DNA from: Eledone cirrhosa | Lineage: Eukaryota | NCBI GenBank assembly: GCA_964016885.1 | Contig: OZ024743.1 | Coordinates: 314,340,001-314,404,000 of the forward strand | Direction of reading: 5' to 3' | Length of the DNA stretch: 64,000 nt | In this document: positions 58,340 through 64,000 of the stretch, piece by piece | Layout of the letters: the number at the start of each line of letters is the position of its first letter | Numbering within the stretch: position 1 is the first letter of the stretch | Program-made: the position numbers and the translations under genes | Notes under the pieces: model-generated | Databases searched by the model: none | What the model saw: only the letters and a program-made list of their open reading frames with translations | Told to the model about the DNA's origin: nothing

Positions 58340-58674
58340 TTTACATAATCATGTAATTGAAGCTGAAGTCAGATTGGGTCCCAATATCGGAACAAGGTTG
58401 CTAATCCCAAGGATACCACATGTATCTCAAGAGCTTGAGTTCCCTTTCACCTTTACTGGCAAGCAATTTCCTGTCAAATCAGCCTTTGTCCTTACATTCA
58501 ACAAGGCACAAGGGCAGACATTTGAAAAGATAGGTGTATATCTACCAACACAATTCTTCTCACATGGTCAGATGTATGTTGCATTATCACGAAAATATAA
58601 AAAGAAGATATAAAAATATTAAATGAAAGGGCGTTGTTTGCTGACAACTGTGTCTACAAAGAAATTCTACCGTG
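58340..58674 (+). pseudogene. PIF1-like helicase C-terminal fragment (Helitron RepHel)
   Basis: LIPRI..FPF...QFPVKSAFVLTFNKAQGQTFEKIGVYL..FSHGQMYVALSR...NCVYKEIL. Confidence 0.88.
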
Positions 58675-58999
58675 ATGTGAAACAGCTATCACTCTCTTTT
58701 AGTTGAAATGCATTTCAGTTACTTTTTAACTGTTAGAAAAGGGACACTACAAAAACTTAAGAAGTCTATATGTGAATACAGTAAAATAACAATATAGTGA
58801 AGGTCAACTCTTCATATTGGTAAATGTAATTCATTCATTCATACCAGCAGCATCTATTTTCAAATTCACTGCTTGAAGCTTCCCATCGACATTCTCAAGT
58901 GAAGATTCATGACTATTTTCCGTCAACAGTTACATCGATTTTCCATCTCCATTATCGGCTTTTTTTAAAAATGTATCATGGATATGTTTCATGCTAGTC

Positions 59000-59850
59000 T
59001 CCTCTAGCTAATCTGTGGAGGAAATCGCTGTGTACCTGAAAAACCTGTCCCAGTCTGTTGTCCCAGTTTTCCAAATGAGATACCAGTCCCTTCCAGTGAA
59101 TTACCCTCCGATTTCACTCAACTCTCATATCATTGAGGTATTTGAGAGGGTAGTGAAATCACGAATAACGTACTTTCTTCAAAGCAATAATTTGCTGAAC
59201 TCCAACCAATATGGTTTCCGTAATGGAAGGGACCGCCTAACGCAGTGGGCCACTCATATAAACAGCAAAGTTAACATGACTCGCAGATGTGCTACTGTTT
59301 GCTCCGAACTTTGCAGTCTAGAGATATCCACACTACTATACTTCTTTTCTCTAATATTGCCCGATTGAAGCTTGAATACTGTTGTCCACTATGATCACAC
59401 CACTTGAAACAAAGTATGAACATTGAACCACCTCAAAGGTCAATCACAAAAACGATATATAACATGACAGGCCTCGACTATTTGGGTTGACCAGAAAAGC
59501 TCTCTCCAACGCCAGCGTCAGCACTATATTAACTGCATGATGAGGAAAATATTCCAACACCATTGCCCAAATGATGGTCGCATTTTCTTTAAAGTACACC
59601 TAAATCTTGGGCCCAGTGCTATCCGCCCACAACAAAAATTAAACTCACATCTCATAATATCATTATGTCACAATAATTTCATGACAGCTGGTTCCGCCCC
59701 CTTTAACATTACACCAAAATACATTAAAATAGAAACAGATTCCATAAAATTCAAATTTTTTGAACAAATTCCTCCTAGAAATCTCGGATAAACCTCCTAC
59801 ATCCGAATATGACTCCGTAAACAATGATTCTCTATTTGAGTGGGTCATAG
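59000..59850 (+). mobile_element. Degenerate CR1-group LINE fragment with large internal deletion
   Basis: SQSVVPVF..NYPPISL..QYGFRNGRD joined directly to WATHINSKV. Homologous to 8430-8685 and 9270-9890. Confidence 0.85.
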
Positions 59851-60696
59851 TCTTGCTTTATGTGCGAGTTCTATCAAAAGATTTTAGACGAAGTCAGATG
59901 GTAAAGGTGTCGTTAAATTGTTTTGGCGTCATGAATTTAAAACAATAAAGGAAACGATATTCATAAGGGGAGATAATAACCAAGGGAGGTAATTAAGGAA
60001 GTATATATATATATAAATCCTTATCTTGTTATTAATAATTTAATTCTCTTTAAACAATCTAAATAAATAAGAATAACGAATAAGTTTATATATAATTGAT
60101 AAATAATCAATAATAATATTTTATAATTTATAAATACTAATTTATAAAAACAATTTAATGAATGATCATTTTCAGTAGATAATAAACAGTAATTTAGAAT
60201 AATAAAACAACCCTTCTTTTATTGTCAACCTTAATACTTCCTTATATAGGCTAATATTTCACTTTTCAGCATTGCTCCTTATACCGTGATTTCTGTAGCA
60301 TGACATCTTTTTGTAACTCCCTCTTTTCTATGTGATGTCGCTGCGACTATTAATAGTTATGTATCTATATAAATATTCTGAAGATTAGGATTTTAATTAG
60401 CCGTTTAAACATTGTGTATACTCCGATAAATCCAGACATTCGTCTGGAAGAAATAATTGTCAGCAATTAAATGTCTGGTAATTATATATACATTTATGTA
60501 CATAGATGTAAACATATATCTAGACACATACGCATACGCACACGCACATACCCACTCCCATATATATATATATATGTGAGTGGGTGTGGGTTGGGGGGGG
60601 GGGGGGGCGTGTGTATGTATGGATATCTATATGTTCATTGTTATAAGACTCGCGTTGACAGTGAAAGATATTTCCAATCTGATAAATATTATTTCA

Positions 60697-60862
60697 AGGG
60701 TCGGACGCCATGCTTTGACGCATAGAGTTACGGCCCTTGCCATTCTGAGTTCACCATGCCGCCGAGGTTAACTTTGCCTTTCATCCTTATGGGGTCGATA
60801 AAATAAAGTACCAGTAATGTACTGGATAATTGCTGGCCTTAAGCCAGTAGTAGAGACAATTA
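60697..60862 (+). mobile_element. tRNA-derived SINE, 5'-truncated
   Basis: Family match GCCTTTCATCCTTATGGGGTCGATAAAATAAAGTACCAG. Confidence 0.88.
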
Positions 60863-61290
60863 TTTCAAAAACAATAGTCCGTCAGTTGCTCTGATCTTCT
60901 ATTGGTTTCGGTCTAATCGATTCCATCCATCGTTTTCTGAAATATTGGTCTTCTCTCTGAATACATCTAACAGAGAAACCATTTATTGCATTTACATTCT
61001 GAGAGATTGTAGGTCAAGAATCATTTTCTTTAAGAAAATGTGTCACTTTGATCGCAAATACTTTGTCACTCCACGTTTCATAATTAAAATGAAGTAATTG
61101 GTAAACAACCACCAATATACAAAATGGGGAATTGACAAGAACACCATTTTACCTCTCAAATACTCATATACATACATGTATACATATAGATATATTTGTA
61201 TATATACATATGTATATACATATACATATGTATGTATACAAATTTACATGTATACACGAACACGCACGCACCCACACATAGACACACATA

Positions 61291-61386
<96 letters not shown>

Positions 61387-61540
61387 GATAATTTGTATTC
61401 CAATGTTACTAAGTAGTTGCATTGGATGGAGTCAACTGACGTCAGAGATTGCTCAACGTATAATAAAGTGTGTTTTAAAATCCGGAGAAAATATGGAGAA
61501 AAAATTTACGAAATGAAAATGCGGGTATATAGAATTTATT

Positions 61541-61648
61541 AGGTAACAATTGTTTCTATAGTGTATGAGTTACCTATACCTCGCTATTTGAATAATACAC
61601 AAATATTATCAAGTACACTGTAAGCCAACACACCATGTCATCAGACCT
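61541..61648 (-). ncRNA. Hammerhead ribozyme with long stem II (inverted pLTR)
   Basis: Reverse complement of 63880-63997 with a small deletion in stem II. Confidence 0.75.
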
Positions 61649-61681
61649 TTGTATTAGAATGATATGAAAATATTTTGTACA

Positions 61682-63469
61682 CTGAAAATTGACGACAGAA
61701 CGGTACCCCTATCCCCAGCTACACCGACTTTTAATCTGAAGGACCATAAGGATAACTTCGATACTAACCCTAAAATTAGATTAATATGTCCTTCAAAGTC
61801 CGATATAGGTAGGATTAGTAAGTACATATTAGATCGTATTATCCCCCAAGTTAAGGCTAAGGTAGATATTAAATTATGGGGTAATACACATCAGGCAATA
61901 AGATGGTTCAATAACATTAGGGATAAAAACAAATCTTCTTTTATTCAATTCGATATAGATGAATACTATTCCTCTATTTCACCCGAAACCCTGCATAAGG
62001 CCCTCTCTTTCGCTAAGACTAACTCGGACCTCACAAACGAGGAAATTAATATTATACTTGAAGCTAGACGCACAATAGTGCACTTTGAAAATAGTTATTG
62101 GGTCCGCAGGGATAGACCCTCGGAATTCGACATTACGATGGGTTCTAATGATTCGGCGGAGGTCACTGATTTGGTTGGGATCTATATAGCCCATAGACTC
62201 CAGAGCGAATTTACGGACCTCCACGGCGGAATATACCGCGACGATACACTTCTATTAGTCATGAATATGAACAAACAAAACCTAGAAAGGCGACGTAAAA
62301 ACATTAGGAAACTTTTCTTAGAACTAGGGCTTAATATTACCTTTGAACAAAATCTTAAGGTGGTCAACTTCTTGGATGTCACCTTCAACCTTAATAACGG
62401 TAATATAGAGCCATTTCACAAACTTAATGAAAATGTTAAGTACGTTAATGTAAAATCGAACCATCCTCATTCCATTATTAAATCTATCCCTAAAAATATA
62501 TCCATAAGGATCTCCCGACTGTCGTCTAATTTGCAGACCTTCAACGAGCATGCTGAATATTATAATGACGCACTTAGAAAAGCTGGTTACTGCGAGAAAA
62601 TTGAATATCTAGACGATAACCACATTAGTACTATGAATAAAACACATCTAAGTCGAACTAGTATTGCACCACACACACACATCAATAGGCACACTAACAG
62701 GTGCAAACCAGCAAATAGAGTCAGACGTAGAGAGTACATATGGTATAACCCCGTGTACAATTCTTCTATTAGCACTAAGATTATCTCACAATTCTATACA
62801 CTAATCAATAAACACTTTACAACTTCACATAAATACTATAACATTTTTAACTCGCGCACCATTAGACTCTCATACTCCACTGCACCTAACATAGAACAAC
62901 TAATTAGAAAACTCAACTCAGCAATACTGAATAAGTACATCCCTAATGACTCAGCGCACCAGCATAGCAACATGCAACGCACTAACACGCAACCACAACC
63001 CCACCAAACTATCCAGGATTCTACTGCAAAACATAAAAATAGTTGTAACTGCACCAAACCAGGTACGTGCCCACTGAATAACCAGTGCCTAGCACGCAAT
63101 ATTGTCTACCGGTGTACAATAAATTCCGGGACCAACTAATGGTATTACGTCGGATGTACCGCAACTTCTTTCAAGGCTCGCCTATACCAACATCGATCTT
63201 CGATCAGGCACGAGAAAATGCGCTCCGTAACAACCCTCGCCGATAAAGCCTGGCAGCTTCGGAGGAACAATCAAGCGTTCTCCCTTGATTGGCAAATTAT
63301 TGCAGCTGCGCCTGCATATCAGCAAAATCATCGATTCTGCAAGTTATGCAATTTAGAGATATACTGCATTTTAACGTCGGTAAACAAACTTTTGAACAGC
63401 AAAATTGAACGTTCTCTATATTGTAACCATCGTTTGAAAACGACTTTTTCTTTTTTTAAATGCATATAA
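61682..63469 (+). pseudogene. Naiad-type RT + GIY-YIG, 5'-truncated, single in-frame TAA at 63137-63139
   Basis: LKDHKDNF..PKIRLICPSKSDIGRISK, FIQFDIDEYY, ITMGSNDSAEV, GIYRDD, CNCTKPGTCPLNNQC, IVY...*WYYVGCTATSFKARLYQH, CKLC, CNH. ORF 63218 is in the same frame. Confidence 0.92.
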
Positions 63470-63879
63470 TGTTACCTTTTTACACCAACGTTTGCAAACT
63501 TCTGTCTTATATGTTTATACACTAGATATGGCTTTCTATAATAATAGTACTAAACACTGTTTTTCTGGACCCCTTAAGAAATAACCTGCTACTATAATAG
63601 CCCTAATAACTTGTCTGTGACATTGTACCACTTTGACCCCTCTAACTAAATTTTGTCCGAACAACACCACTAGAAGAATCTACTTCCCAGCCAACCTTAG
63701 CACGCCTCATTAAGCTAACTGCTGCCAAAACATTCTCTCTTCACAATCTCTACTAGTCTGACAGTCTTAAACCCTAAGACTCCCTCCACCTTACTCACTT
63801 CCCTCTTCCCCTTCTCTTCCTACCTCCTTCTTTATCTTTTATCTACTGTACAAAATATTTTCATATCATTCTAATACAA

Positions 63880-63997
63880 AGGTCTGATGACATGGTGTTT
63901 TGGCCTTACAGTGTACTTTCGGTTTTTGATAATATTTGTGTATTATTCAAATAGCGAGGTATAGGTAACTCATACACTATAGAAACAATTGTTACCT
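63880..63997 (+). ncRNA. Type I hammerhead ribozyme with ~90-nt stem II domain
   Basis: AGGT CTGATGA C ATGGTGT...ACACTAT A GAAA CAATTG TT ACCT, with palindromic stem III ACAATTGT. Confidence 0.8.
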
Positions 63998-64000
63998 AAT

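Larger units (their letters stand above)
61385..64000 (+). mobile_element. Naiad-type PLE with inverted 5' pLTR copy (runs off the window end)
   Basis: 61538-61681 is the reverse complement of 63847-64000. An RT-GIY ORF lies between them. Confidence 0.92.

Noticed and set aside
63137-63139. In-frame stop in the Naiad GIY-YIG as possible selenocysteine recoding (known for some Naiads)
   Set aside because: The codon is TAA, not TGA, it is not at a conserved Cys position, and no SECIS was recognisable.

Overview
AT-rich eukaryotic intergenic/intronic DNA, almost entirely transposon-derived and punctuated by long (TA)n microsatellites. The SINE families resemble those of octopod cephalopods (inference). 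No host gene can be supported. Coding-element remnants: Penelope-like elements (PLEs; Neptune-type at 1300-4822, 37667-40730, 12940-14100 and 54380-55335; Naiad-type at 17820-18520, 50495-53400 and 61385-64000), CR1-group LINEs, RTE LINEs, an L1/Tx1 LINE, a hAT transposase remnant and Helitron pieces. The most striking feature is a dense set of type I hammerhead ribozyme (HHR) motifs, about 15 recognisable plus several degenerate. They lie in PLE terminal repeats and in many unrelated small non-coding elements. These include a 466-bp tandem retrozyme-like unit and several fold-back (palindromic) elements, some of which invert inside the ribozyme stem II. Several families share a GAGTGCT motif downstream of the cleavage site. 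A 260-bp tandem unit carries a full tRNA-like cloverleaf. All structures were read by eye and element boundaries are approximate.
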